A DNA stretch of 64,000 nt, taken from IMG/VR virus record IMGVR_UViG_3300035235_000742; one strand, written 5' to 3'. The notes below the pieces were generated by a model. That model ran no database searches. It worked only from the letters and a program-made list of their open reading frames with translations, and was not told the DNA's origin. This stretch comes from an uncultured virus (IMG/VR IMGVR_UViG_3300035235_000742). Lineage: Duplodnaviria > Heunggongvirae > Uroviricota > Caudoviricetes > Crassvirales. This document shows, piece after piece, positions 1 to 9,133 of the stretch (positions are counted from its first letter, which is position 1; every line of letters starts with the position of its first letter). Made by a program: the position numbers and the translations under genes.

Positions 1-11
1 TTAAATAATAT

Positions 12-158
12 ATGAATAAAATAACAAAACAACTCGAAAACTTGTACTCTTGGACAAAATTCTATCAAGATCGAGGTAATAAAGAACAAATAAGAAAGTG
101 TCAAACTGAAATCGCACAGTTGAAACAAGCGTTTAACAACTTAAAGTCTAAAAAATGA
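12..158 (+). CDS. small early hypothetical protein (48 aa)
   Basis: Read manually: ATG at 12, TGA at 156-158 overlapping the next ATG (ATGA coupling). Confidence 0.6.
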   Translation: MNKITKQLENLYSWTKFYQDRGNKEQIRKCQTEIAQLKQAFNNLKSKK

Positions 159-439
159 AAGATACTAACGCTATCGAACAAGCATTAAGAGAAAAATGCA
201 AGCAAGAAATAAGTAAAGTAGTTGACGTATTTATGAATGAACTTGAAGTAAAAATCAGAGGCGAATACAATTCTAGCAATTACTATGACTTTAAAGGACC
301 TAACAATAATAAAGGTTTTCATGTTATGGGTACTGAGCAATTGAGAAATGTATTACTTATAATGATACAAGGTGCTCATCTTCAAAGCATGATAGCTGTT
401 AAGTCAAAAGAATTAATTAAAAAACTTGAATTAATATGA
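155..439 (+). CDS. hypothetical early protein
   Basis: 94-aa ORF, ATGA-coupled on both sides. Confidence 0.7.
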   Translation: MKDTNAIEQALREKCKQEISKVVDVFMNELEVKIRGEYNSSNYYDFKGPNNNKGFHVMGTEQLRNVLLIMIQGAHLQSMIAVKSKELIKKLELI

Positions 440-756
440 AAAATAGAACGCTAAACGAAATTAGACAATCAAAAGAGTATCAAATAGCTAAAGAAATAGT
501 AATGCTTAAAACAAAAAACCATTTTGAACACACTGAAGTAGATAAAACTATAGATAATATAGTAGAAAAGTTAGACGGTCACATATATGACTTAATATTT
601 GAAAAAGTATGCAACGAGATGGGTAATCACTATATATTTCAATCACAAAACTACTTAACTGAAGCAGGTTATGAGCTATTTGAAGACGAGTGGTTTGAGT
701 TTTATCATGAAAATCATGGTAAAATAATTCATAAACTACTACAAAACTTGAAATAA
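436..756 (+). CDS. hypothetical early protein
   Basis: 106-aa ORF in a tightly packed + strand array. Confidence 0.7.
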   Translation: MKNRTLNEIRQSKEYQIAKEIVMLKTKNHFEHTEVDKTIDNIVEKLDGHIYDLIFEKVCNEMGNHYIFQSQNYLTEAGYELFEDEWFEFYHENHGKIIHKLLQNLK

Positions 757-794
757 TTACAAACTAAATACGAACACTATAAGATAATATAAAT
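757..794 (+). promoter_or_regulatory. class A 38-bp promoter-like motif (copy; leaderless ATG at 795)
   Basis: TTACAAACTAAATACGAacactataaGATAATataaat followed directly by ATG. Confidence 0.8.
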
Positions 795-1016
795 ATGTTA
801 TACGATAAATTAAAACCACATATCAAAGCCAAAATGAAAGAAAATGCTGAAGAGTATAAGTCTGTCAATTGGCTAATTGATAGTATTAAAACCAAAGACA
901 ATTATTCTGACTTAACTATTGAGCAAATAAGATCTATCTGTACATTTGGCGATGTATGGTACTATGATCTTACGCAAAAAGAGTTAATATGGGGTGATTG
1001 GCTAACAAATAAATAA
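795..1016 (+). CDS. hypothetical early protein
   Basis: 73-aa ORF starting at position 39 of the class A motif. Confidence 0.75.
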   Translation: MLYDKLKPHIKAKMKENAEEYKSVNWLIDSIKTKDNYSDLTIEQIRSICTFGDVWYYDLTQKELIWGDWLTNK

Positions 1017-1018
1017 AT

Positions 1019-1369
1019 ATGAACGAAGAAAAACTAGCTTTAGAAACATTAAAAGCACTAGGTGCTAAAGATACATCAAGTCCATCTCAAACAAGAAGAG
1101 GTACAACTTGCTTTACTTTACCAACAGGCGATTGCGTATCTGAACACAAAACAGGTTATATCAGAAAAAATCTACTAAATAAAAACGGTGGAATATATAC
1201 TTGTTATCAACTAAATCCACAATATAAGACAATTGAAAAGTCTATAAGTTGGAATGGTGAAGAGCGTACTGACGAAAGAAACAACAGGATGTTGATATGG
1301 AACAGAGCTGAAAGACTAAAAAGACTTGTACTATATACAATAAAACAAATAAACAAGTCAAATGGATAA
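1019..1369 (+). CDS. hypothetical early protein
   Basis: 116-aa ORF, operon-like packing. Confidence 0.7.
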   Translation: MNEEKLALETLKALGAKDTSSPSQTRRGTTCFTLPTGDCVSEHKTGYIRKNLLNKNGGIYTCYQLNPQYKTIEKSISWNGEERTDERNNRMLIWNRAERLKRLVLYTIKQINKSNG

Positions 1370-1454
1370 TGACAAAAGAGATTTAGCGCTAATAATGGCA
1401 GTTTTAGCGCTACTACTCTATACAATTTTACTAACTGTCTCAATACTAAATTAA
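1362..1454 (+). CDS. small membrane peptide (30 aa)
   Basis: Read manually: MDNDKRDLALIMAVLALLLYTILLTVSILN; one hydrophobic helix; fills the gap between ORFs. Confidence 0.45.
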   Translation: MDNDKRDLALIMAVLALLLYTILLTVSILN

Positions 1455-1464
1455 ATTAACTAAT

Positions 1465-1914
1465 ATGGAATCAAAAGAACCAACACAAGAAAAAATGATA
1501 GATGCTGTGAAAAAATATCACGGTATAGAAATAGATGATAATGCTTATAACAATGCAGACATATATGCATATGAAGAAACCACTGTAGATGGTTATTCTG
1601 TATGGGTAGTAACTAATGATATGAATAGTGTATGTATAAGCGAAGATGTACATTACTACGACAGTGGCGTAGCTGAAGCTATTATGGAAATGGTACATTA
1701 TTCTAATGGCCAATGTACAATATATGCAGATAGTTACTTTCTAGATGATATATACTTTGATGATGTACTATTAGAAGCGTTTAGCGATATAGCTGAAAGC
1801 ATATATGAAGAAATTATGAATGAAGACAGTGATTACAACTTTGACATGGCAGAACTTGCATGGTTAAAGGAAGAATTCACTGAATCAGAAGAAATTGAAA
1901 AAACTGTTAGTTAG
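1465..1914 (+). CDS. very acidic hypothetical protein
   Basis: 149 aa, strongly D/E-rich. Confidence 0.75.
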   Translation: MESKEPTQEKMIDAVKKYHGIEIDDNAYNNADIYAYEETTVDGYSVWVVTNDMNSVCISEDVHYYDSGVAEAIMEMVHYSNGQCTIYADSYFLDDIYFDDVLLEAFSDIAESIYEEIMNEDSDYNFDMAELAWLKEEFTESEEIEKTVS

Positions 1915-1932
1915 TTAATAGTAGTTTAGTTT

Positions 1933-2015
1933 CCACGATAGTTACTGAATAGGCCCGACCAGCAGGTAACGAAAGTAACACTAGCTCGTACTCAAAAGGT
2001 ACGGGCTTTTCGTGG
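1933..2015 (+). ncRNA. candidate structured RNA / terminator-containing element
   Basis: GC-richer intergenic island: CCACGA(1933-38)/TCGTGG(2010-15), GTTAC/GTAAC, and hairpin AGCTCGTAC/GTACGGGCT followed by TTT. Confidence 0.45.
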
Positions 2016-2016
2016 T

Positions 2017-2232
2017 ATGGATAATATAGGAATGATGAAAGCGTTTATGTTACTAGGTGACTTACACGCTACAAGCACAGACAAGTTAAGCGACTCAAGA
2101 GTTGCTTACAAAGAAAGAATAGCTTTTGCTACAATGAGAGCTAGTATACCTGATTGGCAACCACCAAGTGACTGGAATAGTTTAACTAATAAAGAAAAAC
2201 TAAACAGACTTGATAAACTACAATCAGTATAA
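2017..2232 (+). CDS. hypothetical protein (start may be 2032)
   Basis: 71-aa ORF; GATAAT-N6-ATG at 2020-2034 suggests a start at 2032. Confidence 0.65.
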   Translation: MDNIGMMKAFMLLGDLHATSTDKLSDSRVAYKERIAFATMRASIPDWQPPSDWNSLTNKEKLNRLDKLQSV

Positions 2233-2270
2233 TTACAAACTAAATACGATAACTAACGGATAATATTAAT
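2233..2270 (+). promoter_or_regulatory. class A promoter-like motif (leaderless ATG at 2271)
   Basis: TTACAAACTAAATACGAtaactaacgGATAATattaat-ATG. Confidence 0.8.
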
Positions 2271-2579
2271 ATGAAAGAAGATGCAATTGAAAAATTAGCT
2301 CAACTATTATTTGATAAAATAATGGAAAAGCAAGAACAAGCCGATATAGAATACGCAGATCAAATACAACAGCTATACAACAGTGGTTACACTATAGAAA
2401 AATCTAAAAGTGATAACATGGGTTTAAACGACGAAGAAAAACTAGTAGGTGAATTAGCTAAAATGCAGACTATAATGATGATTCTTGAAGATAAAGAAGA
2501 ATACGAAAAAGCGGCTATAATACAAAAGAAAATTAAAAATATAAATAAAAAACTAAATGACGGATCAGGAAAATATTAA
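2271..2579 (+). CDS. hypothetical protein with UVR (UvrB/C)-like C-terminal coiled coil
   Basis: EEYEKAAIIQKKI resembles the UVR motif. Confidence 0.6.
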   Translation: MKEDAIEKLAQLLFDKIMEKQEQADIEYADQIQQLYNSGYTIEKSKSDNMGLNDEEKLVGELAKMQTIMMILEDKEEYEKAAIIQKKIKNINKKLNDGSGKY

Positions 2580-3405
2580 AGCAATGCTAGCGCATAAGTA
2601 TAATGAAGATAAAGCAGATTACCCTGCATACATACAACCAAAACTAGACGGCGTACGTTGTCTATTTACTGCCAAAGGCGCGTTCTCTCGTGCTGATAAT
2701 CAGTTTATGAATGTAGAACACATTGAACAAGCTTTAAAGCCTTTCTTTGCAAAAAATCCTACAGCTGTGCTAGACGGCGAGCTATACAATCACGGACTAA
2801 AAGATGACTTTGAAAAGATTATATCTCTTGTTAAAAAGAGAAAACCAACTAAAGATGATAGAGTTGAAGCGGCTGAGCTAGTAGAGTATCACATTTATGA
2901 TGTAGCTAGTATGACAATAGCTAATTATACTACAAGATTAAATTATATAAATTCAATATCAAACTTTCAATGGAATCATATACTACGTAGAGTTGACACT
3001 AAAGTTGCATTAGACTTTGACGATGCTCTTAAAATGCACAAGAAAAACCTTAAACTAGGTTATGAAGGCAGTATATACAGATCATTTGAAGGTAAATACA
3101 AAGGTACAAGATCATGGGATCTTATGAAGTTTAAAGACTTTCACGATGCAGAAGCTACAATTATTGGCTATGAGATAGGTAAAGGCAAGCGTGAAGGTAC
3201 ACTAGGTAAATTTATTATGCAAGATTATGAAGGTAATGAGTTTGGCTGTCCTCCAGGTAAAGGCTACAATTACAAAGACTTAGCTAATATGCTAGAAAAT
3301 ATACACGACTACATCGGTCAGTATGCTACATTTACATACTTCGAACGAACTAAAGCAGGTAGTTACAGACATCCACATTATAAAGCAATAAGAAATTATG
3401 AGTGA
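2557..3405 (+). CDS. lig: ATP-dependent DNA ligase
   Basis: QPKLDGVR (KxDG adenylation motif), LDGEL, YEGSIYR, LMKFK, OB-fold C-terminus. Confidence 0.92.
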   Translation: MTDQENIKAMLAHKYNEDKADYPAYIQPKLDGVRCLFTAKGAFSRADNQFMNVEHIEQALKPFFAKNPTAVLDGELYNHGLKDDFEKIISLVKKRKPTKDDRVEAAELVEYHIYDVASMTIANYTTRLNYINSISNFQWNHILRRVDTKVALDFDDALKMHKKNLKLGYEGSIYRSFEGKYKGTRSWDLMKFKDFHDAEATIIGYEIGKGKREGTLGKFIMQDYEGNEFGCPPGKGYNYKDLANMLENIHDYIGQYATFTYFERTKAGSYRHPHYKAIRNYE

Positions 3406-3568
3406 TTATGAAGCAACAGGTTTGGCAGAAGGTTTTATATCAGCTGAATCAGAAGAACAAGTAATAGATGCTTGGCAACATTTACACGATACTGGTCTTG
3501 CGTATAAACTGCAAGGCTGGTTTGGTAGAAATGCACAACGTCTATTAGAAGCAGGGATAATACAATGA
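3398..3568 (+). CDS. small conserved-looking phage protein (56 aa)
   Basis: Read manually: ...WQHLHDTGLAYKLQGWFGRNAQRLLEAGII; coupled start and stop. Confidence 0.65.
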   Translation: MSDYEATGLAEGFISAESEEQVIDAWQHLHDTGLAYKLQGWFGRNAQRLLEAGIIQ

Positions 3569-3720
3569 ACAATAACTGCAACTACTCAGGTCTTGCCTCT
3601 ACAGAATCGTGGGGCAAGCCTACATGCGAGATGTGTAATAAAATTATGAACCAAGAAGACTACGACTACTGCGATATATGCGGTGATTGTTTAGAAGACG
3701 AGGGTGGATTTACAATTTAA
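3565..3720 (+). CDS. small Cys-rich (zinc-finger-like) protein (51 aa)
   Basis: Read manually: CEMC...CDICGDC. Confidence 0.6.
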   Translation: MNNNCNYSGLASTESWGKPTCEMCNKIMNQEDYDYCDICGDCLEDEGGFTI

Positions 3721-3726
3721 AAAAAT

Positions 3727-3846
3727 ATGAGAAGATTAATATATGATATGTTTTATGCTGATGAGATCAGCGAAGACGTGGCTTACAAGCTAATAGATAA
3801 ACTAAATAAAGTAAGAGATAAAACTAAATATAGTTGGGAACGATGA
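3727..3846 (+). CDS. small hypothetical protein (39 aa)
   Basis: Read manually; ATGA overlap with the next ORF. Confidence 0.5.
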   Translation: MRRLIYDMFYADEISEDVAYKLIDKLNKVRDKTKYSWER

Positions 3847-4013
3847 AAGAGATAATTAAAAAACGTAGATGTTTATCACATAGAAGATATGTAGAACATC
3901 GTATGGCACAGCTTCAAACTGAAATATTCAATGATGCTATGGCAACAGGAGTAGTTAACTTAGAAAAAAGACAACAATTATTAAAATATAGAACACATTT
4001 AAATAACTTATGA
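3843..4013 (+). CDS. small hypothetical protein (56 aa)
   Basis: Read manually; ATGA overlaps at both ends. Confidence 0.55.
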   Translation: MKEIIKKRRCLSHRRYVEHRMAQLQTEIFNDAMATGVVNLEKRQQLLKYRTHLNNL

Positions 4014-4132
4014 CAGCTAAAATACAACCAATATTTAATTCTTTTCAAGAATACATTGAATCAGAAGATATGGTGTTTAAAACACTAGAAAGTGATATGC
4101 TAGGGGTGACAATAGCTACTAAAGATAAATAG
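4010..4132 (+). CDS. small hypothetical protein (40 aa)
   Basis: Read manually; ATGA-coupled. Confidence 0.45.
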   Translation: MTAKIQPIFNSFQEYIESEDMVFKTLESDMLGVTIATKDK

Positions 4133-4149
4133 TAAGGGGCTAATGTCAC
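4106..4149. repeat. palindromic site, copy 1 (shared with 61414-61458)
   Basis: GTGACAATAGC...GCTAATGTCAC inverted repeat; 22 bp (4128-4149) identical to the reverse complement of 61414-61435. Confidence 0.8.
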
Positions 4150-4751
4150 ACCGTAATTTAAAATACTTAAACGATAATAGAATTATATATCGTAGGTACT
4201 CATCAGATATTCCAACGAAACAGTATAACTGGGGTTGGCATTATGCTGATGGTACTCATGGGTATTATGCTATGTTTAATAGTAGAGCTAAAATAAACAC
4301 TATTAGATCTTTAAAATGGCACTTATTGACTTTATGGTATTTAAACCCTGACTTAGATAAAGATGAGTTTACAAAACTAGCTAATTATATTATATATAAG
4401 AGTAACGGATTCGTTACTTTTAACATAGGTATTAAACTAATAAACAATATAATTGAAGACGTTTATAGACAAGACTTAGATACTCCGCCAAAGAATAGAC
4501 TACGTAAAATAGTATTTAAAGATGGATCAGGCTTAAGTACTGTAGAAAAACTAAGTTTAGTAGGTAGTATAATAGGTAAAAGTAAAATAAAAAAAGACGA
4601 CATATACGAAGCTATGTTATACATACATGAAGAAGGTAAGGTTACAGTTAAAAAACTAGCTAAAGCTCTAAAGTGTACAGAAAGAACTATATATAGAAAT
4701 ATGTGTAGTGAACTTAAAGAAGAAAAAGATTTATTAAATAAACAATTATGA
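4143..4751 (+). CDS. HTH DNA-binding protein (possible regulator or replication initiator)
   Basis: C-terminal HTH VTVKKLAKALKCTERTIYRNM. Confidence 0.7.
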   Translation: MSHRNLKYLNDNRIIYRRYSSDIPTKQYNWGWHYADGTHGYYAMFNSRAKINTIRSLKWHLLTLWYLNPDLDKDEFTKLANYIIYKSNGFVTFNIGIKLINNIIEDVYRQDLDTPPKNRLRKIVFKDGSGLSTVEKLSLVGSIIGKSKIKKDDIYEAMLYIHEEGKVTVKKLAKALKCTERTIYRNMCSELKEEKDLLNKQL

Positions 4752-5503
4752 AAAAGTATAATGTAAAGAACTATGTTAGATACAAAGAAGATCTTAAAAG
4801 ATCCAATGGTAGAATACCAATAAAAAACTTTATAGACTATACGCCTGCAGAGCTTAAAATAGTATTCTTACCTTTAGTAGAAAACATAGGTAGAAAATTT
4901 GCTACATCACAAGAAGCATCAGGTGTTATGTCTATTAATGATATAATACAAGAAGGTAGTTTTCAATTATGCAAAGCTGTAGATAAAATAGATAGATTAA
5001 GATTAATGCAGTCTGAAGATATTGAACAAACTTTAAAATCTTTTTTAGCTAAAAGAATTAGAGGCGGAATAAGAAGAGAAATAGACAAGAATAGAGGCAC
5101 AATGCGTATACCTGAGCATAAGCTAAATGAAATACGCAAAGACGGAGGTAAAGATAAGAAGATGGTTGCTATGTTTTTTAATAGTATATTCTTAAGTATC
5201 GATGCTAACCCTAATGATGACAATATGGTTTATCAAATACCTGATAAATCAGATCCTTATAATGAAACATTATTAAACGCTTACATTATGAGTTTATTAT
5301 CTAAAAATCTTGAATGGAACGAAATGTTAGTTTTAAGCAAGAGTTATGGTTTAGATGGACCTAAATGGTCAGCAAACGAAATAGCTACAGCCTTAGAGCT
5401 TAAGGGCGTATCTGCATATGTAAGAGTATCAGAGCTTAAAAAGCAAGCTGTACAAAAACTAATAGACAACGTAGATCACTCGCAAGTGCTTGACTACCTG
5501 TAA
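4748..5503 (+). CDS. phage-encoded sigma70-family RNA polymerase sigma factor
   Basis: Region 2 (DIIQEG..L.KAVDK; RIRGGIRREID..TMRIP) and region 4 HTH (EIATALEL..VRVSELKKQAVQKL). Confidence 0.85.
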   Translation: MKKYNVKNYVRYKEDLKRSNGRIPIKNFIDYTPAELKIVFLPLVENIGRKFATSQEASGVMSINDIIQEGSFQLCKAVDKIDRLRLMQSEDIEQTLKSFLAKRIRGGIRREIDKNRGTMRIPEHKLNEIRKDGGKDKKMVAMFFNSIFLSIDANPNDDNMVYQIPDKSDPYNETLLNAYIMSLLSKNLEWNEMLVLSKSYGLDGPKWSANEIATALELKGVSAYVRVSELKKQAVQKLIDNVDHSQVLDYL

Positions 5504-5528
5504 ATTATAATATAAACCTGTAATTATA
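5501..5528 (+). promoter_or_regulatory. class B promoter-like motif TAAA-N15-GTRAT
   Basis: TAAAttataatataaacctGTAATTATA upstream of the ERF gene. Confidence 0.55.
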
Positions 5529-5533
5529 ACTAT

Positions 5534-6088
5534 ATGACAATATACCAAAAATTAACCACAATTCAAACAAAGTTTAAATCGAAGAAGAGTAGATTTAACT
5601 CATTCGGCAAGTACTATTTCAGGTCTGCCGAAGATATCCTAGAAGCTACAAAACCCTTTTTAAAGGAGTTAGACGTTGCAGTAACGATCACTGAAGAATT
5701 AATATCTTTTGATCCTGCTGTACTCAAAGTAACAGCTAAAATTATGAATGGCGAAGCTGATAAAGGCTTAGGTTCTCATAAACATGCTGAAGCTGTAGCT
5801 ATTGTAGGTGTTGACTTAGATCAGAAAGGTATGCAAATGCCACAACGTTACGGTGCAGCTAGTTCTTACGGTAAGAAATATGCACTAGGTAATTTGTTTT
5901 TAATCGATGATACACAAGATGCAGATGCAACTAATGCTCATGATAAAAAGCAAAATACAAAAATAGCTATATCAGCTGTACAACTACAAAAGGCTAAAGA
6001 ATACATAAAGTCTGGCGGTAAAGTTGAAGCAATAAAAGCTAAATATAAATTAACAAAAGAAGTAGAACAAGAGTTAACTACATTATGA
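5534..6088 (+). CDS. erf: ERF-family single-strand annealing protein
   Basis: YYFRSAEDIL and GAASSYGKKYALGNLFLI.DTQDAD ERF signatures. Confidence 0.88.
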   Translation: MTIYQKLTTIQTKFKSKKSRFNSFGKYYFRSAEDILEATKPFLKELDVAVTITEELISFDPAVLKVTAKIMNGEADKGLGSHKHAEAVAIVGVDLDQKGMQMPQRYGAASSYGKKYALGNLFLIDDTQDADATNAHDKKQNTKIAISAVQLQKAKEYIKSGGKVEAIKAKYKLTKEVEQELTTL

Positions 6089-6819
6089 AAAACAAAAAAG
6101 AAGTACTAGAGAGGCTGAAGAACGATGAGGATTACTATGGTGCGTTTGGCAAACAGTTTATATCTAATTCAGATATAAGAACGTTAATGACTAATCCACT
6201 AGGTTTTAAAGAACCATCGGCTCAAGCTCCTCACTTTCTTATTGGTGGTTACTTTCATACTGCAATACTAGAGCCTGAAAAAATAAAGAACTTCAAGATA
6301 GTTGAAGCTACGTCGCGTAATACAAAACTTTACAAAGAAATAACGAACGGGGAAGTTTGTTTATTGCAGCACGAAGTTGATAAGACAGAAGCTTTAGTTG
6401 ATAAGATGATGAATAATAAAATATGCAGAGATCTTATTCACACTGAAGGTAATGATTTTGAAGTTCCAGGCGTTACTGAAGTTTACGGTAACATGTGGAA
6501 AGGTAAAGCAGATATTGTTAACCACAAAGAAAAGCTAGTTGTTGATCTTAAGACTACATCAGACTTAGAGAAGTTTCATTGGTCAGCTAAGAAATACAAC
6601 TACGATAGTCAAGCTTACATATACAGTCAATTATTTGGCTATGATATGTTATTTATAGCTATCGACAAAAACACAGGTCAAATTGGTATATTTGACTGTT
6701 CACAGGATTTTTATAAGACTGGAGCAGACAAAGCTGAAAAAGCTTCTGAAATATATGATTTGTTCTATAAGAACGAAGACTTTGACCCTAATAATTACTT
6801 TATAAATAAAACCCTATAA
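6085..6819 (+). CDS. PD-(D/E)XK exonuclease (RecE/ExoVIII-like)
   Basis: GGYFHTAILEP, KGKADIV, VVDLKTT, YDSQAYIY; adjacent to ERF. Confidence 0.85.
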   Translation: MKNKKEVLERLKNDEDYYGAFGKQFISNSDIRTLMTNPLGFKEPSAQAPHFLIGGYFHTAILEPEKIKNFKIVEATSRNTKLYKEITNGEVCLLQHEVDKTEALVDKMMNNKICRDLIHTEGNDFEVPGVTEVYGNMWKGKADIVNHKEKLVVDLKTTSDLEKFHWSAKKYNYDSQAYIYSQLFGYDMLFIAIDKNTGQIGIFDCSQDFYKTGADKAEKASEIYDLFYKNEDFDPNNYFINKTL

Positions 6820-6820
6820 C

Positions 6821-7135
6821 ATGGCAGGAATAATAAAAGCAAGTATCAATTTAAATGCAATTGATAAATCAAAAATAATCGAAGGCAAGAAAGGTAAATA
6901 CCTACCTATTACGATTACAGTAAATGATGAACCAGATCAGTTTGGTAATCAAGGTCCTGTTATAATCGATCAGTCTAAAGAAGAAAGAGAAGCTAAGATA
7001 GCTAAGACTTATCTTGGAAATTGTAAGGTAGTATGGACAAACGGTGTTTTTCCAGACAAAATACCTTATGAAGGCGGTGGACAAGCTCCAGCACCTAAAG
7101 CACAGCCAAAAGTAGAATCAGATCTACCATTTTAA
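6821..7135 (+). CDS. probable single-stranded DNA-binding protein
   Basis: Small beta-rich protein with a flexible tail ending ESDLPF; replication context. Confidence 0.65.
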   Translation: MAGIIKASINLNAIDKSKIIEGKKGKYLPITITVNDEPDQFGNQGPVIIDQSKEEREAKIAKTYLGNCKVVWTNGVFPDKIPYEGGGQAPAPKAQPKVESDLPF

Positions 7136-7148
7136 TTAAATTCAATTA

Positions 7149-8858
7149 ATGCAAGTTGAAGAAGTAGAAATAAACGGATTCTTAATTGAATCATTTAATC
7201 AGCACGGCTTAGACGTAGGTAAAACGCAGGGGATTTGTCCCCTGTGTTCTATTGATAGGAAACCTGAGAATAAGAAAGCTAAATGTTCTTCTTATGACTG
7301 GGAACGTGGTATCGGTACTTGCCATAATTGTGATAAATCTTACCAGTTACATACATTTAAACGTAAAGGCAAAGCTGAGCGTGATTATGTAATACCTGAA
7401 GTGAAACACAGACCGGTTGAATCTAAAGTAGTTGATTGGTTTAAAACAAGAGGTATATCTAAACAAACCTTAGATGAGGTTGGTGTAGGTGAAGGTAAAG
7501 AGTTTATGCCACAAACAGGCAAGCCTGAGAATACTATTCAGTTTAATTATTATGTAGGCGGAAACCTAACTAATGTTAAATATAGAGATGGACGTAAGAA
7601 CTTTAAGCTATATAAAGGCGCAGAAAAAGTATTTTACAATATAGATAACACTGTAGGACATGATACATGTATTATAGTTGAAGGCGAGATGGATGTGTTA
7701 GCATTACACGAAGCTGGTATTACAAATGCTATATCAGTTCCAAATGGTGCTACATTAAATAGCAATAACTTAGATTACTTAGATAATTGTATTGATTACT
7801 TTGATGACAAAGAAAAGATAATCATCGCGGTAGACAATGATCCACCAGGCTTAGCCCTACAGTCAGAGCTTGTAAGACGTCTTGGTGCTGAAGTTTGTTA
7901 TCTAGCATCATTTGATGACTGTAAAGATGCTAATGAATATCTAATAAAATACAGTGCATTAGAATTAAAGTCTAGAGTCTTAGACGCAAGACCTGTGCCA
8001 TTAGAAAACGTTACAACATTTAAAGACATTGAAGATGAAGTCACAGACTTTGTTCGTAATGGTTTTAAACGTGGCTTTCAAATTGGTTTACCTAACTTTG
8101 ATAACATCTTTTCTACATATACTAAACAGTTTATAACTGTTACAGGTATACCTAGTTCAGGTAAGTCAGACTTTGTAGATCAAATGGTTGTAGGTTACAA
8201 TAAAGAGTATGAATGGAAGACTGCGTTTGCATCTCCTGAAAATGCTCCTACGTTTTTACATGCACATAAGCTTATGCGTAAAGTATGGGGCGATATGCCT
8301 AACAAAGGCGATATTGGCGGAGATAAATGGAATCAGGTAGCTGATCATGTTAATAAGAACTTTTTCTTTATTGATATGGAACGTTATACGTTAGAATCTG
8401 TTTTACGTAAAGGCGCTGAGCTAGTTAAACGTAAAGGTATTAAGTGTTTAGTTATTGATCCATATAATAAGGTTAGAGACGTCGATTCACACACTGAAGA
8501 CGTTAACCGATACACAATGGAATACTTAACTAAGATTGAAACCTTTGCTAAGAAATATGATGTACTAGTATTTATAGTAGCGCATCCTACCAAAATGTAT
8601 AAAACACAAGATGGTAAAATTGAAGAACCAACTATGTATAACATTAAAGGTGGTGGTGAATGGTACGATGCTAGTTATCATGGTTTACTTGTTCATCGTG
8701 ACTATGACAATAAAACAACTAAAGTTAAAGTACTTAAATGTAAGTTTCAAAACTTAGGTGAAAACGGAGCTGAAGCTCATTTTACTTGGGAACCTAGATC
8801 AGGTTGTTTTTTACCTCATGATGTGCCTGACTTAGATGAAGCTATGCCCTGGGAATGA
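7149..8858 (+). CDS. bifunctional DNA primase-helicase (T7 gp4/Twinkle-like)
   Basis: Zn finger CPLC..CHNC, TOPRIM EGEMD/DND, KDANE, Walker A GIPSSGKS, LVIDP, VAHP. Confidence 0.93.
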   Translation: MQVEEVEINGFLIESFNQHGLDVGKTQGICPLCSIDRKPENKKAKCSSYDWERGIGTCHNCDKSYQLHTFKRKGKAERDYVIPEVKHRPVESKVVDWFKTRGISKQTLDEVGVGEGKEFMPQTGKPENTIQFNYYVGGNLTNVKYRDGRKNFKLYKGAEKVFYNIDNTVGHDTCIIVEGEMDVLALHEAGITNAISVPNGATLNSNNLDYLDNCIDYFDDKEKIIIAVDNDPPGLALQSELVRRLGAEVCYLASFDDCKDANEYLIKYSALELKSRVLDARPVPLENVTTFKDIEDEVTDFVRNGFKRGFQIGLPNFDNIFSTYTKQFITVTGIPSSGKSDFVDQMVVGYNKEYEWKTAFASPENAPTFLHAHKLMRKVWGDMPNKGDIGGDKWNQVADHVNKNFFFIDMERYTLESVLRKGAELVKRKGIKCLVIDPYNKVRDVDSHTEDVNRYTMEYLTKIETFAKKYDVLVFIVAHPTKMYKTQDGKIEEPTMYNIKGGGEWYDASYHGLLVHRDYDNKTTKVKVLKCKFQNLGENGAEAHFTWEPRSGCFLPHDVPDLDEAMPWE

Positions 8859-9106
8859 TAAAGACAGTAAACTGGAAACCTCCACCATGGAGTAAAGAAT
8901 ATAGGAAAATATATTCTTGGTGTTTAAAGCACGGGATAAAAATATACCCTGTAGCTACGGCTAAAGGAGAAAAAAATAAGAACTGTTATATAGAAGTAAG
9001 TGTAAATGGTAAAACAACGTTATCACCTAAACATTATGGTGTTAGTGAATTATGGCCTAAGATATTTGAGCTGTATAAGTTTTATTATGACAAGCGTACA
9101 GACTAA
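8855..9106 (+). CDS. hypothetical protein
   Basis: 83-aa coupled ORF. Confidence 0.65.
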   Translation: MIKTVNWKPPPWSKEYRKIYSWCLKHGIKIYPVATAKGEKNKNCYIEVSVNGKTTLSPKHYGVSELWPKIFELYKFYYDKRTD

Positions 9107-9133
9107 ATACGATGTAATTCGGATAATATAAAC
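9096..9133 (+). promoter_or_regulatory. class A promoter-like motif (leaderless ATG at 9134)
   Basis: GTACAGACTAAATACGAtgtaattcgGATAATataaac-ATG. Confidence 0.78.

Noticed and set aside
528..1370. Extra class A motif copies at ~528-558 and ~1339-1370
   Set aside because: GATAAT is present, but the upstream element is poorly matched or off-register, and both lie within coding sequence.
1941..1980. Hammerhead ribozyme (CTGA...GAAA)
   Set aside because: The core reads CTGAATA rather than CTGANGA, and stems I-III cannot be assembled in the right order.
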